Source: a virus
Taxonomy: Duplodnaviria > Heunggongvirae > Uroviricota > Caudoviricetes
Length of the DNA: 64,000 nucleotides
Reading direction: 5' to 3' (one strand)
Virus record (IMG/VR): IMGVR_UViG_3300017987_000047
Part shown: positions 19,387 to 29,141 of the stretch, one piece after another
Layout: the number at the start of each line of letters is the position of its first letter
How positions within the stretch are numbered: position 1 is the stretch's first letter
Notes under the pieces: generated by a model
Database searches by the model: none
Seen by the model: the letters and a program-made list of their open reading frames with translations, nothing else
Told to the model about the DNA's origin: nothing
Made by a program: the position numbers and the translations under genes

Positions 19387-19968
19387 ATGGAACTTAAAGC
19401 AACGCAAGAAAATGTAGTTGAGAAACTTAAAACAATTGATACCTTCTCGACGGAAACTCGGGAATACTATCATTTTAAAAGCAAGCTGTGGAAAGCGATT
19501 AGAAAACATATCGAAAGCAAAGAGTGTGTTATTTTGCGGAAGAGGACGGATGCCCGTTTTGCTTACTACCGGGGATCCTCAGCTGTTAAATTAAACAGCG
19601 TTAAATACAGAGAATATTTTAATGTGGGTAAGCCTCCTACAATTTATTTGGAATTTAAGCTAGAAATTGATTATTGTTTTGATCCGATCAATCATTTCGA
19701 GCCCGACCATAGTGCAGACCAAGTTGAGCCCTACTCTTTCTGTATCGACCCAGACCTAGAAACTAATTTTAGTGAGGAAGCCTTTGAGGCGTGGGTTAGG
19801 GAACAAGCAAGGGAGCTCAAAGAAACCAAAGAGAAGAAACTAGAATACTTTGTTCTTGACCTACTTCGCGCTTTTGGGGAGGACGCAAAAGGATTTTTAC
19901 AGGACCCCCAAAAGATTGAAAAAATTCTCAAGCGAGCCGAAAAGCGGGAAAAGGAGCAATGGCAATAA
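19387..19968 (+). CDS. hypothetical protein
   Basis: operonic ORF. Confidence 0.7.
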   Translation: MELKATQENVVEKLKTIDTFSTETREYYHFKSKLWKAIRKHIESKECVILRKRTDARFAYYRGSSAVKLNSVKYREYFNVGKPPTIYLEFKLEIDYCFDPINHFEPDHSADQVEPYSFCIDPDLETNFSEEAFEAWVREQARELKETKEKKLEYFVLDLLRAFGEDAKGFLQDPQKIEKILKRAEKREKEQWQ

Positions 19969-20255
19969 TGAAAGATTACCTCGAAATTGGGTCATCCCCG
20001 GCAGACGAAAATTGTGTTCAAGTAGGGGAGAAAGATTACTCGGGCCGGGCAATAAAGGAGTGTGAACGTTTCATCAAACTAATCCGTGAGGAAATGGGGG
20101 AGGAACCGGAAGGAACAAAATTGGCTGTAAAAGGCTTTCCACACGATTTCGGCCACTATTATGAAGTGGTTTGCTGGTACGACCCCAACCTCCCAGAGAG
20201 TGTTGAATATGCTTTTCGTTGCGAATCAGACGCACCAGTAGCATGGAAATCTTAA
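19959..20255 (+). CDS. hypothetical protein
   Basis: AAGGAG SD; P..E.C.QVG..Y, HDFG.YYEV. Confidence 0.7.
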   Translation: MAIMKDYLEIGSSPADENCVQVGEKDYSGRAIKECERFIKLIREEMGEEPEGTKLAVKGFPHDFGHYYEVVCWYDPNLPESVEYAFRCESDAPVAWKS

Positions 20256-20809
20256 TACTTGTCCTGCTATTTTGTGGTATCCTTAATGTGGTAGCAAGGG
20301 GGCTTTTATTCGAGTTTTCCTGGAAACAGAAGAGCTCTCTTCAACGTTTGCATGCTTTTCTGCGTCTTAGATCCTTAGAACCCTACCGCCTATATAGAAG
20401 TGTAACGTACCGGACCCGAGATTTCGGTGGACATCATATCCAGTTTTTTTACTTCACCGAAACGGAATTTATCGTTTTTGCTGGGCCAGACCGCCACGAC
20501 AAGAAGTCCTCTTTTTATAAGACGTACAATGACGATTCTACGAGGAAGTCTTTCGCATGTTTTGAAATTAGCCTGAAGGAACAAACTTTTCTTAAGAAAC
20601 AAAACACAAACCAACTTTCGAATCGCCGGCATGACCTAATTTCAGTAAAAGATTATGTAAAGAAAACTATACCGGAGCTTTTTCTGTTGGAAGAAGAAAA
20701 AACTCCCATTTCTTACATAACTTCTTCCGTCCCTGCGTTTCGTTCCTTTATCAAAGGATTTATAACAAGAAAGAAGATGCGAGATGGACATCCCAAAAAA
20801 GAAAGTTGA
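20243..20809 (+). CDS. N-terminal TM protein with degenerate C-terminal LTH-R-AK motif
   Basis: YITSSVPAFRSFIK. Confidence 0.65.
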   Translation: MEILILVLLFCGILNVVARGLLFEFSWKQKSSLQRLHAFLRLRSLEPYRLYRSVTYRTRDFGGHHIQFFYFTETEFIVFAGPDRHDKKSSFYKTYNDDSTRKSFACFEISLKEQTFLKKQNTNQLSNRRHDLISVKDYVKKTIPELFLLEEEKTPISYITSSVPAFRSFIKGFITRKKMRDGHPKKES

Positions 20810-21155
20810 TGAGAGTTGGAAAGCTAGGGCCCGGAAAGAAAAAGAAGACCTAACAAAAAAGATAGAAGGAGATTGCCCTGCGGGTCCTCTTGACGAAATT
20901 TTTCTTCAGCTACTCCAGGACTTAATGATGCAGACTATGCAGGCATTACAATCCGGAGACTTGGATACCGCGAAGAAATTTTTAATGTTGTTTGATGCCC
21001 TTGAACACAAAACTCAAAAGACTCAAACTCTCAAGGATAAGGAATTCTTTACTAACATTGCAGAGCTCAAACAGCAGCTCGTGGATTTTGAGCACAAGAC
21101 TGTTGGGTTAAATTCGCTAGATGGTGATATCCAAGAAAATGGAATAATTTCATAA
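20784..21155 (+). CDS. DUF1844-like protein
   Basis: VDESWK.RA.KEKE...F.QLL..L..Q...AL..DL..AK....L..KT. Confidence 0.5.
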   Translation: MDIPKKKVDESWKARARKEKEDLTKKIEGDCPAGPLDEIFLQLLQDLMMQTMQALQSGDLDTAKKFLMLFDALEHKTQKTQTLKDKEFFTNIAELKQQLVDFEHKTVGLNSLDGDIQENGIIS

Positions 21156-21190
21156 ACAAAGTTACATTTTCTGAGTATTATAGAAAATGT

Positions 21191-21272
21191 GCCAGAGTGG
21201 CGAAATTGGCTTACGCGCCGGTCTCAAGTACCGGTTCCTTCGGGAATGTGGGTTCGAATCCCACCTCTGGTA
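21191..21272 (+). tRNA. tRNA-Leu(CAA)
   Basis: GCCAGAG/CTCTGGT acceptor, ccggt-CTCAAGT-accgg, long variable arm, GGTTCGAATCC; no CCA. Confidence 0.95.
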
Positions 21273-21277
21273 TTTAC

Positions 21278-21350
21278 GCACCCGTGGCGCAACTGGAAGG
21301 GCACCGGTCTTCGAAACCGGGGGTTGTAGGTTCAAATCCTACCGGGTGTA
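21278..21350 (+). tRNA. tRNA-Arg(TCG)
   Basis: GCACCCG/CGGGTGT, ccggt-CTTCGAA-accgg, GGTTCAAATCC. Confidence 0.92.
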
Positions 21351-21391
21351 CTAATAATCTGTTTATCTTTCCTACTTGTAGGGAGGTAGTC

Positions 21392-21898
21392 ATGGCAACT
21401 TTAGAAAAAGTTGTTTTCTATTTAAGAGAGCAGCTTCCCATTTGGAAAAGTTCCCCAGCTAGTTTGGGGTTTATTATCGCACTCGTCGAAGCTACCTCAT
21501 ATAATACCCACCAAAAATATATCATACCAAATCTCACTTGGAGCCCCGAATTTGCGGCCCACCTAAAAGAAGTCCGAAAAATTATGATGCGTGAAATTAT
21601 AAAGGAAACTCCCTACGATTATCTAACACACGCAGATTCTCTAATCCGAAGTCTTGCAAAAGGAGTGCTTTCTAAGAAAGGGGGTGATGCGGAGAACCAA
21701 CTGCTCTTAGATTGGGAAAAAAGTATCTTAGATAAGATAATAGATTCTGTTAAAGATCTCAAAGCACAAGTCGAACTACGAAAGTATGTTCGGCAGGAAA
21801 TCCAGTATTTTAGAGGGAAGGACGATGATAGAATCAAGCAGGAATTATATTCCAAAAAAAATGAAAGTAAAAGAGCAAAACGACTGGGAAGAGCTTGA
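21392..21898 (+). CDS. hypothetical protein with internal LTH-R-AK motif
   Basis: GGAGGT SD; YLTHADSLIRSLAK. Confidence 0.75.
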   Translation: MATLEKVVFYLREQLPIWKSSPASLGFIIALVEATSYNTHQKYIIPNLTWSPEFAAHLKEVRKIMMREIIKETPYDYLTHADSLIRSLAKGVLSKKGGDAENQLLLDWEKSILDKIIDSVKDLKAQVELRKYVRQEIQYFRGKDDDRIKQELYSKKNESKRAKRLGRA

Positions 21899-22031
21899 AA
21901 GATTCGAACAGAAACGTATACGAAGGGCACCCCATAAAAGGCATCGCCAAGAAAATAAAGCAATAATTCAAACAGAATTAGAAAACTTAGGCTACCGTAA
22001 ATAAAAAACGGAATAAAAAAAGTTGCTAGGG

Positions 22032-22676
22032 ATGACACAATTATACAAATATCCCCGAACGTACCATCTCCCATATTCTCCTGGGACTACTTCAGATGAT
22101 AGAATTCTGAAAGATATTTCCAGTTTTGAGGCTATGGGAGATGTTGTCGTAACAGAGAAGTTAGATGGGGAAAATACCTCTCTCTATTCCACTGCTCTCC
22201 ATGCTCGGTCTGTTGATAGCCGACATCATCCTTCTCGAGATTGGGTAAAGGGGCTGTGGGGACAAATAGGCCACGAAATCCCACAAGGAATGCGTATATG
22301 TGGAGAAAATGTTTTCGCCCGCCATAGTATTGAGTATAAAGAACTTCCTAGCTATTTCATAGTCTTTGGTATTTACGAAGGAGAAAAATGTTTATCCTGG
22401 GACGAGACGGCAGAATGGTGTTCTCTTTTGAATTTGGAAATGGTTCCGGTTTTATACCGAGGAAAATGGGAGGAAGGTGTAATAAAATCTTGTTATACTG
22501 GTATAAGTAAATATGGAGGAACCCAGGAAGGTTACGTGGTTCGGAATGCTAGGTCTTTTCCAATTAAAGATTTTAGTATTAACGTAACAAAGTATGTTCG
22601 GAAAAACCATGTCCAAACAACAGATTTTTGGATGAACCAACCCATTGTTCCAAACAAGTTAAGAAAGGCAAAATAA
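22032..22676 (+). CDS. RNA ligase family protein
   Basis: KYPRTYHLPYSPG..DD, TEKLDGEN, GEN, EGYVVR, KYVR. Confidence 0.85.
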   Translation: MTQLYKYPRTYHLPYSPGTTSDDRILKDISSFEAMGDVVVTEKLDGENTSLYSTALHARSVDSRHHPSRDWVKGLWGQIGHEIPQGMRICGENVFARHSIEYKELPSYFIVFGIYEGEKCLSWDETAEWCSLLNLEMVPVLYRGKWEEGVIKSCYTGISKYGGTQEGYVVRNARSFPIKDFSINVTKYVRKNHVQTTDFWMNQPIVPNKLRKAK

Positions 22677-22677
22677 A

Positions 22678-23250
22678 ATGGCATTCATACTAATATCCCT
22701 CTCCTTAATAGTTCTCCTCCTGCTTACACAGCTTATTCAGAAAGACCAAGAGGTCGAACACCTTAAAGCGAGGTATGTCGCCCGGGATAGAGGAGCTCGG
22801 CAGGAATATAACGACTTAGAATGTGAAAGATATGCCTTGAAGTGTGACTTAAAGGCAAGCCTTACAGCAGGCGACGGAGCGGTGATGATTGCGGAGAAAC
22901 ACGAAGTTGCCCGGAAGCGTTTGCTTCAAAAGCTAAAGGATTCTCGTAGCTTTGGGAAAGAAGCTCTTGACTCCGTTAAAGCCCTTGATATCCTAATAGA
23001 GAAAGAGCGTGCGGAGCAAAGTAATAAACTTAGCATCTCTCAACAACAGAAGTGTGCCCTAGAGGAAGTTTTGGCAAAGGTCCGACGCGACTTGGATGCT
23101 TCCCAGGCTGAAACATCTGAAGCGGAGGACAGAGCTAGGGCCGCAAACGCCCGTGCTGATATTGCCGTGGAGAATTATAACGAGCTTAGAGAAAAGTATC
23201 AGACTTTGCATCGTAAAATTCAACAATTAAATCAACTCTTTTCAGATTAA
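22678..23250 (+). CDS. membrane-anchored coiled-coil protein
   Basis: N-terminal TM, heptad-rich body. Confidence 0.65.
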   Translation: MAFILISLSLIVLLLLTQLIQKDQEVEHLKARYVARDRGARQEYNDLECERYALKCDLKASLTAGDGAVMIAEKHEVARKRLLQKLKDSRSFGKEALDSVKALDILIEKERAEQSNKLSISQQQKCALEEVLAKVRRDLDASQAETSEAEDRARAANARADIAVENYNELREKYQTLHRKIQQLNQLFSD

Positions 23251-23259
23251 GGGGTTAAG

Positions 23260-23793
23260 ATGTCTTCAACTGCCGAACAGCTTGCTCAGCAGTTTCTAGA
23301 AGAATTTTTTCCTGCAGCGGTCTATAATACTATCTTTAGAAATGGGCGTACAGTTAGTATGCCCATTTGGGTAGCACAAATATACCAACAGGAACCCACT
23401 AGCCTTTCAATTTATTGGGAAAAAGATTTTTTTAAGAAAAACCAGAAGATTGTTGAAACCTTCGCTTCCCATTACAGGCGGGAGGCTGGCGGAAAAAATT
23501 ATACATTTAACCTCCCTTGTGGGAGTTCTCCTATTATTTTGAAGGCAACCTATAAGGATACTGAGCCATGGTTCTTTGCTGAGTCTGATTTCCCAATGCT
23601 TCGCGATCCAAGATTTGGAAATTATCACTTAAATAGAGTACTCTACCCCTCAACAAGCTTTGCTGCGTTTTTAACGTGCAGTGACGGACTTGAAGTCCAA
23701 AATTTAGCAAAAGAGATAGTTAAAACTCAAAGACCGGCAAACGTCTATTTTAATCGTTCCATTAGTGGAGTCCCCCAAAGGTATTGGCCCTGA
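23260..23793 (+). CDS. hypothetical protein with degenerate LTH-R-AK motif
   Basis: FLTCSDGLEVQNLAK. Confidence 0.65.
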   Translation: MSSTAEQLAQQFLEEFFPAAVYNTIFRNGRTVSMPIWVAQIYQQEPTSLSIYWEKDFFKKNQKIVETFASHYRREAGGKNYTFNLPCGSSPIILKATYKDTEPWFFAESDFPMLRDPRFGNYHLNRVLYPSTSFAAFLTCSDGLEVQNLAKEIVKTQRPANVYFNRSISGVPQRYWP

Positions 23794-23796
23794 AAA

Positions 23797-24234
23797 ATGA
23801 CAATTAGTTATAAGACAGCAATTTCAAGACAATCTTTATCTTCCCCAGCAAAGTATTTAGCAAAAGAAAATTTGTTCGTTGGTAGAATCCTGGATTACGG
23901 CTCTGGGCGAGGAGACCTTGCCCGTTTTCTAAAAGTAAAACAACCCATTGAAGAATGGGACCCCCATTGGTCTCCAAAAGAGATAATTGGAAAGTTCGAT
24001 ACAATTTATTGTGGTTATGTCCTGAATGTTCTCCCAAAGAAAGAAAGAGAAAGTGTTGTTGAATCTTGTAAGTCCCTTTTAAACCCAGGCGGAAAAATAT
24101 ATTTTGCGGTGCGAAGGGACCTTAAAGAAAGTGGTAAAACTAAACGGGGCTACCAGTACCTTGTTCGACTTCCCTTCCCGCTAGTCGTCGAGACCTCTTC
24201 TTTTGCGATTTATGTCCTATGCTATTCAAATTAG
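23797..24234 (+). CDS. class I SAM-dependent methyltransferase
   Basis: ILDYGSGRG, WDP, FDTIYCGYVLNV, LNPGG. Confidence 0.8.
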   Translation: MTISYKTAISRQSLSSPAKYLAKENLFVGRILDYGSGRGDLARFLKVKQPIEEWDPHWSPKEIIGKFDTIYCGYVLNVLPKKERESVVESCKSLLNPGGKIYFAVRRDLKESGKTKRGYQYLVRLPFPLVVETSSFAIYVLCYSN

Positions 24235-25139
24235 ACCCACATCGAATAAGGCAGGAAGTCGAAGAGAGATTTAAGATCCCTTTCGACCTATTGCAAAAAC
24301 ATAGCGTCCATCCTTTTGGTGGGATTGTCCGGGATCTTTACCACGGAAAAAGCCCCCACGACCTGGATTTAGTTACAAAGAGCAAGGCTAGAATCTTCCG
24401 TTTCTTAAAAGATTTGACGGCCAACAAAGACCATTATTTGATGTTGTACCCTTCTCAGCATCATAATCCTCCAGGGTATAACAGCGATACGCATTCTAGG
24501 GTCGCATGTCTTAAAACTAAAGAGAACCATAAGATAGATATTTTAAAAATAGATTTTCCTGCGGACCCAATGGATAATCTAGATTTCACAGCTAACGCTT
24601 TTGCTTTTGATTGCCAGGCCTCGGGGATTTTTGCTTGGACGAAGGGTTCAAGCCTTTTTAAAAGGCTTACTAAACATGAGTTTTCTGTTAAAGCGGCAGT
24701 AAAAGACCTTGAAAATAAAAGGCTCATATTTCTTAAACCCCATAGGGGACTAAAACACTTAAAGAAAGTTTTACGGTTGAGGGAGGCAGGGTGGGAAATC
24801 TCATGGAAAAATGTTGTATTGAATTTTTCCCAACCTACCTTAATTGAGGGTATTTATGAGATTTTTTCTTTAGAGGAAAGAAAGGCAATCTTAATATCCC
24901 TCTTAACTCATAAAAATACGTATATTCGTTTGTTGGCAAAATATTTTAGAAAGAATATTGAGAGTTTAGAGTCAATGGATTTTATTGATTTGCTGAAAGA
25001 AAGTATCTACTCTAAATTCGCGTTGTTAGAAAGATTTGCCTGGCCTCTTTGGGATATCTTAAAAGAAGGGACTAATAAACTTCCTGGGAAGGAACAAAAA
25101 GAAATCCGGAGCCACATCCCAGAAGATTTACAATTTTAA
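24219..25139 (+). CDS. tRNA nucleotidyltransferase / poly(A) polymerase head-domain protein with LTH-R-AK motif
   Basis: FGGIVRD, HDLDL, IDI, DFTANAFAFD, DLENK; LLTHKNTYIRLLAK. Confidence 0.75.
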   Translation: MLFKLDPHRIRQEVEERFKIPFDLLQKHSVHPFGGIVRDLYHGKSPHDLDLVTKSKARIFRFLKDLTANKDHYLMLYPSQHHNPPGYNSDTHSRVACLKTKENHKIDILKIDFPADPMDNLDFTANAFAFDCQASGIFAWTKGSSLFKRLTKHEFSVKAAVKDLENKRLIFLKPHRGLKHLKKVLRLREAGWEISWKNVVLNFSQPTLIEGIYEIFSLEERKAILISLLTHKNTYIRLLAKYFRKNIESLESMDFIDLLKESIYSKFALLERFAWPLWDILKEGTNKLPGKEQKEIRSHIPEDLQF

Positions 25140-25207
25140 CCCTCGTATTTCAAAAGAAATTCCATGTATATATATTAATAGGAAAAAACCTTTAACGGGA
25201 AAGAAAA

Positions 25208-25804
25208 ATGGATTCGCTATTAACCCACAAAAATCCTGAGATACGGAAAATTGTAAAACAGGTTATAGTTCATAAAAGAAGAAGATTTTCTGTTGCGAGA
25301 AATAGACGAGTAACTCAAGATTTCCTTAATGCTATTATTAGACTTAACTATCCTTTAGTTCTTATGGGGGATACTTTGTTCGACCAAACAGGCTTAAAAG
25401 AAATTACTGCAGATATCATCTGCACAGGAGTTCTATCTTTTAAGAATTGCAAAGATTTTGAAAGAATCTCGGGGAATATAATCGCTGGGGGCTTGTTAGT
25501 TAAGGATTGCCCCCGGCTAAAAGAAATTACTGGAACATTTGAAGCTGATAAAGAATCTGCAATTATAAATTGTCCGAAATTAAAAGTCTTACCGAAAGTT
25601 CTTAATGGGGTTATCAAACTTAGGCTTGAAGAAGAGAATCAATTAAAAGAAGACCTTTTTGAAAATATTGGAAAGGTAATTAAGCAGACGCTAAGTCAAG
25701 CTGGATACAAAAACTTGGAGGAGCTTGATACCTATTCGAAGGAAATGCTCTCTTCCTACTATAATCTATACTTAACAAGTCGCATATCAATAGGAGACAT
25801 ATAA
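25208..25804 (+). CDS. N-terminal LTH-R-AK motif + LRR-like repeats
   Basis: MDSLLTHKNPEIRKIVK; LSFKNCKDFERI, LLVKDCPRLKEI, IINCPKLKVLP. Confidence 0.7.
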   Translation: MDSLLTHKNPEIRKIVKQVIVHKRRRFSVARNRRVTQDFLNAIIRLNYPLVLMGDTLFDQTGLKEITADIICTGVLSFKNCKDFERISGNIIAGGLLVKDCPRLKEITGTFEADKESAIINCPKLKVLPKVLNGVIKLRLEEENQLKEDLFENIGKVIKQTLSQAGYKNLEELDTYSKEMLSSYYNLYLTSRISIGDI

Positions 25805-26118
25805 TGGCTTATTCCCGTTGGTCAACTTCAGTCTGGTACGTTTATTGGAGAATCCCTGCCCCGATTTGCATCCATAAACATCAAGAAATCTTAGCTTGCC
25901 ACCATTCTGACAACGCAGACGAGGAGCCGCAGGAACTTTCTTTTTTAGACGTTGAGCAGTTTGTTAAAAAACCAAACTGGAATCTTTGGAAACAGGAATT
26001 AACGGATATTGAAAAAGACGAGCTAATTGAGCGGATGCAAGAATGGCTTAAGGACGTAGCGGAAAAATGGAAAAATAAGAAAAATAAAAAATATAACAAG
26101 AAAAAAATAAAAAGGTAA
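25804..26118 (+). CDS. hypothetical protein
   Basis: AGGAG SD; MAYSRWS..WYVYW. Confidence 0.7.
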   Translation: MAYSRWSTSVWYVYWRIPAPICIHKHQEILACHHSDNADEEPQELSFLDVEQFVKKPNWNLWKQELTDIEKDELIERMQEWLKDVAEKWKNKKNKKYNKKKIKR

Positions 26119-26136
26119 AAGCTTGGAGTCTGGAAG

Positions 26137-26604
26137 ATGAAAACCCAATATGTTGAATTCCAACAATTCGAACGGGAATGTGAAAGTTCTGTTCTTCTCA
26201 AGCTTTCGACCCGACAGCATTTTGTTAAATTTAAGGATCCACACGAATTAGCTTTTTTCTGGTATGAGTCTGGCGAGGGTGATGATGCGGAGGATGGCTA
26301 CGATGGTGCTGTTTATTTCGGAATTTATAACCCAAAAACCAAATTTAAAAAAATTGGGTATATTACAGAAAAGTTTTTAAGAGAAACTATTAAGGTGCGA
26401 GGAAAGAAATACTATATTGATAAAACAAGACAAGGCTTCGATTTTGTCGTGCTTAATATCTACAAATATTATTCGATATTTACACTTCAAATACTAGGGG
26501 TGCGGCTAAATGTAAAACCACCAAAAGCTCCAAGAATAACAGAATATTTAACTCATAAAAAAGAATCGATTAGGTTGGCGGCGAAACGAGTTTTAGAATC
26601 TTAA
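26137..26604 (+). CDS. hypothetical protein with C-terminal LTH-R-AK motif
   Basis: YLTHKKESIRLAAKRVLES-stop. Confidence 0.75.
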   Translation: MKTQYVEFQQFERECESSVLLKLSTRQHFVKFKDPHELAFFWYESGEGDDAEDGYDGAVYFGIYNPKTKFKKIGYITEKFLRETIKVRGKKYYIDKTRQGFDFVVLNIYKYYSIFTLQILGVRLNVKPPKAPRITEYLTHKKESIRLAAKRVLES

Positions 26605-26731
26605 AAACCTTCGAAGCTCAAAAGAATTTCCCCATATATTAAATAGGAGAAAAAATAACAAAGGAGTTGTTCTGGCCTAGCTTCTGAGTTTGGTTCGTTT
26701 TTTACCCCCATAGTTGAAAAGGAAAAAAGAG

Positions 26732-27532
26732 ATGCAAAACACCCATCTACTGATTATTGATCCTCAGCATGACTTCTGTGACCCCTCGGGTGCCCTGTTT
26801 GTTCCGGGTGCGGAAAAGGACATGGAACGTCTTGCAGCGTTTGTTGGCCGGGTGGGCGATAAGCTGTCCAAGATCCATGTGACGCTTGATAGCCATCACT
26901 ACGTCGACATCGCACACCCTGTCTTCTGGAAGGACTCTTCTGGAAAACATCCCGATCCTTTCACAATCATCTCCAAGGATGATGTGAAGAATGGGGTCTG
27001 GACAACTACAAAGCCGGGGTGGCACAAGAAGGCGCTTGCTTACGTCGAGCAGCTTGAGGCCAATAACAGGTATCTCCTTTGTGTCTGGCCTCCGCACTGC
27101 TTGATTGGGAGTCGAGGTTACGAAGTCGTTCCCGATTTGATGGATGCCCTTACAAAGTGGACGGATGACCACTTTGGCTTCATTGATTGGGTTGCGAAGG
27201 GGCATAACCCCTTCACCGAGCACTACTCTGGGGTTGCGGCGGAAGTGCCTGACCCGCAAGACCCAGCAACCCAGATCAATACCAATCTGGTCAAAACCCT
27301 CACGGATGCGGATGTCGTTCTGATTGCTGGCGAGGCTAGCAGCCATTGCCTCGCTAACACGGTACGAGACATCGCAAACAACTTCAATGACGACTCCTAC
27401 ATCCAGAAGCTTGTTCTTCTGGAGGACGCAACGAGCCCTGTTCCCTCCTTTGAGAATCTTACTGATGATTTCACCAAAGAGATGACTGGGCGGGGGATGC
27501 AGCTTTCTTCCACAACTGAGTGGATGAAATAA
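26732..27532 (+). CDS. nicotinamidase / isochorismatase-family cysteine hydrolase
   Basis: IIDPQHDF, TLDSH, WPPHC, KG, AGEASSHC. Confidence 0.85.
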   Translation: MQNTHLLIIDPQHDFCDPSGALFVPGAEKDMERLAAFVGRVGDKLSKIHVTLDSHHYVDIAHPVFWKDSSGKHPDPFTIISKDDVKNGVWTTTKPGWHKKALAYVEQLEANNRYLLCVWPPHCLIGSRGYEVVPDLMDALTKWTDDHFGFIDWVAKGHNPFTEHYSGVAAEVPDPQDPATQINTNLVKTLTDADVVLIAGEASSHCLANTVRDIANNFNDDSYIQKLVLLEDATSPVPSFENLTDDFTKEMTGRGMQLSSTTEWMK

Positions 27533-27575
27533 AAGGTTTCTTTCGGCAATTTCAACTCCAAACAAAGGAAGAAAA

Positions 27576-28301
27576 ATGGACACTGAAAGCCAGCCCCTGA
27601 TGGTCTCGAATTTCGGGTTCTCCGCAGTGAATGTCGATGACCTCGGCGCAACGGAATATACCCTCGTAGGAATCGCCTGTGATGTTAGCACAAGCGTTTC
27701 CGGTTTCCGCAAGGAAATGGAAGACTGCCTGAAGGAAATTGTCCGGGCATGTTATTCTAGCCCTCGGGCGGATAACTTAATGCTCCGAACTGTCTTCTTC
27801 AACAGCCGCCTTTCCGAGTTCCATGGCTTTAAGCCGTTGGGAAATCTTAACCCGGATGACTATGATGGAAGCCTCAGCCCAGGAGGGATGACGGCACTCT
27901 GCGATGCCACGGTGAACATCATCGAGTCCCTGGGTACCTATGGTAAAGATCTCGTTGAAAGCGATTTCGATACCAACGGTATTGTGATCGTCATTACCGA
28001 CGGGATGGACAACCATTCAACAAACACGGTCAACCAGGCAAAGGAAGCCCTGGCGAAGATTACCAAGGATGAAAACCTTGAAAGCATCCGAACAATCCTT
28101 GTCGGGGTGGTTCAGGATGACCAAATGATCAAGGATTACCTGGATGATTTCCAGGCTGAGGTCGGGTTTGACCAGTATGTCACGCTAGGAAGTGCCGACG
28201 CGAAGACATTGGCAAAGCTTGCTGACTTTGTTTCGAAATCGATCTCCGCCCAATCCCAGGCTTTGGGAACTGGCGGGCCTTCCCAGTCACTCAGCTTCTA
28301 A
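27576..28301 (+). CDS. vWA-domain protein (TerY/YegL-like)
   Basis: DVSTS MIDAS, GGMTALCDA, VITDG. Confidence 0.8.
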   Translation: MDTESQPLMVSNFGFSAVNVDDLGATEYTLVGIACDVSTSVSGFRKEMEDCLKEIVRACYSSPRADNLMLRTVFFNSRLSEFHGFKPLGNLNPDDYDGSLSPGGMTALCDATVNIIESLGTYGKDLVESDFDTNGIVIVITDGMDNHSTNTVNQAKEALAKITKDENLESIRTILVGVVQDDQMIKDYLDDFQAEVGFDQYVTLGSADAKTLAKLADFVSKSISAQSQALGTGGPSQSLSF

Positions 28302-28322
28302 GTCGCCCCGTCGCCGAATCAG

Positions 28323-28351
28323 AAAGGGGAGGGAAACCTCCCCTTTCTTTT
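28323..28351 (+). terminator. intrinsic terminator
   Basis: aaaggggagg-gaaa-cctcccctttctttt. Confidence 0.8.
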
Positions 28352-28370
28352 CCGCTGAAAAACATAAAAC

Positions 28371-29141
28371 ATGAATTCCGACTCTTATTTCGCCATTGGG
28401 CATAGTCACCATGTATGTGAAGACTATGCTTTTGCCGGGCCAACTGCATGTTCCAAAACCCCTATCGCAGTTGTCTCCGACGGGTGTTCAACCGCACCCA
28501 ATACGGATATCGGGTCCCGAATTCTCACACGGGCAATTTTGTTAAATTATCCTTTAAACCTATCAGAATCAATCCGGGGCGCCTACCAGGCGACTAAAAC
28601 CCTTGGTCTGACATTTGATTCTCTCTTCGCAACGATTTTAACGTTAGAGTTTACCCCCGAGAATCAAATTAAGGCGCAGGTTTCGGGGGATGGTGGGGTT
28701 ATTGCGAGAAAAAGAGAATCTCAAGAATTAGAAGTTTATTGGTTAAATTATTGTTCCAATGCCCCCGAGTACCTTGCTTACTTGCTTCACACCCCTTCAT
28801 ACAGTAGGTTCCTAGATTCTTTTGGGAATCAAAAAGCAGCTGAGATTACGACGCTGGGACCTGACGGAGAGGTTAAGAGCAGTTTTGCTGAATTCCCGGA
28901 GGATTTAGTTTATGAAAGGTACTTCGACCCAGCGGATTACGATCTCATTGCGGTAACATCTGATGGGGTTGATTCTTTTGCTGGCCTCGGGTATATTGAC
29001 GTTATTAAACGTATTATGTCTTTCAAAAATTATAAGGGCGAATTTGTTAAACGGAGAGTCAAACGATTCTTGAAAGAAATTGCAGCTGAAAAAATTAGGC
29101 ACGATGACGATGTTAGTCTTGCTGCGATTTATCTAAAGTAA
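28371..29141 (+). CDS. PP2C-like protein phosphatase (YegK-like)
   Basis: G.SH..CED, VSDGCS, GDG, TSDG, DDVS. Confidence 0.85.
   Translation: MNSDSYFAIGHSHHVCEDYAFAGPTACSKTPIAVVSDGCSTAPNTDIGSRILTRAILLNYPLNLSESIRGAYQATKTLGLTFDSLFATILTLEFTPENQIKAQVSGDGGVIARKRESQELEVYWLNYCSNAPEYLAYLLHTPSYSRFLDSFGNQKAAEITTLGPDGEVKSSFAEFPEDLVYERYFDPADYDLIAVTSDGVDSFAGLGYIDVIKRIMSFKNYKGEFVKRRVKRFLKEIAAEKIRHDDDVSLAAIYLK

Noticed and set aside
21197-21391. N-terminal extension of ORF 21197-21898
   Set aside because: Reads through two tRNA genes; the real start is ATG 21392 with a GGAGGT SD.
26747-27712. 321-aa minus-strand ORF, and similar antisense ORFs at 1470-2096 and 10510-11043
   Set aside because: Antisense shadows of well-supported GC-rich or repetitive + strand genes.
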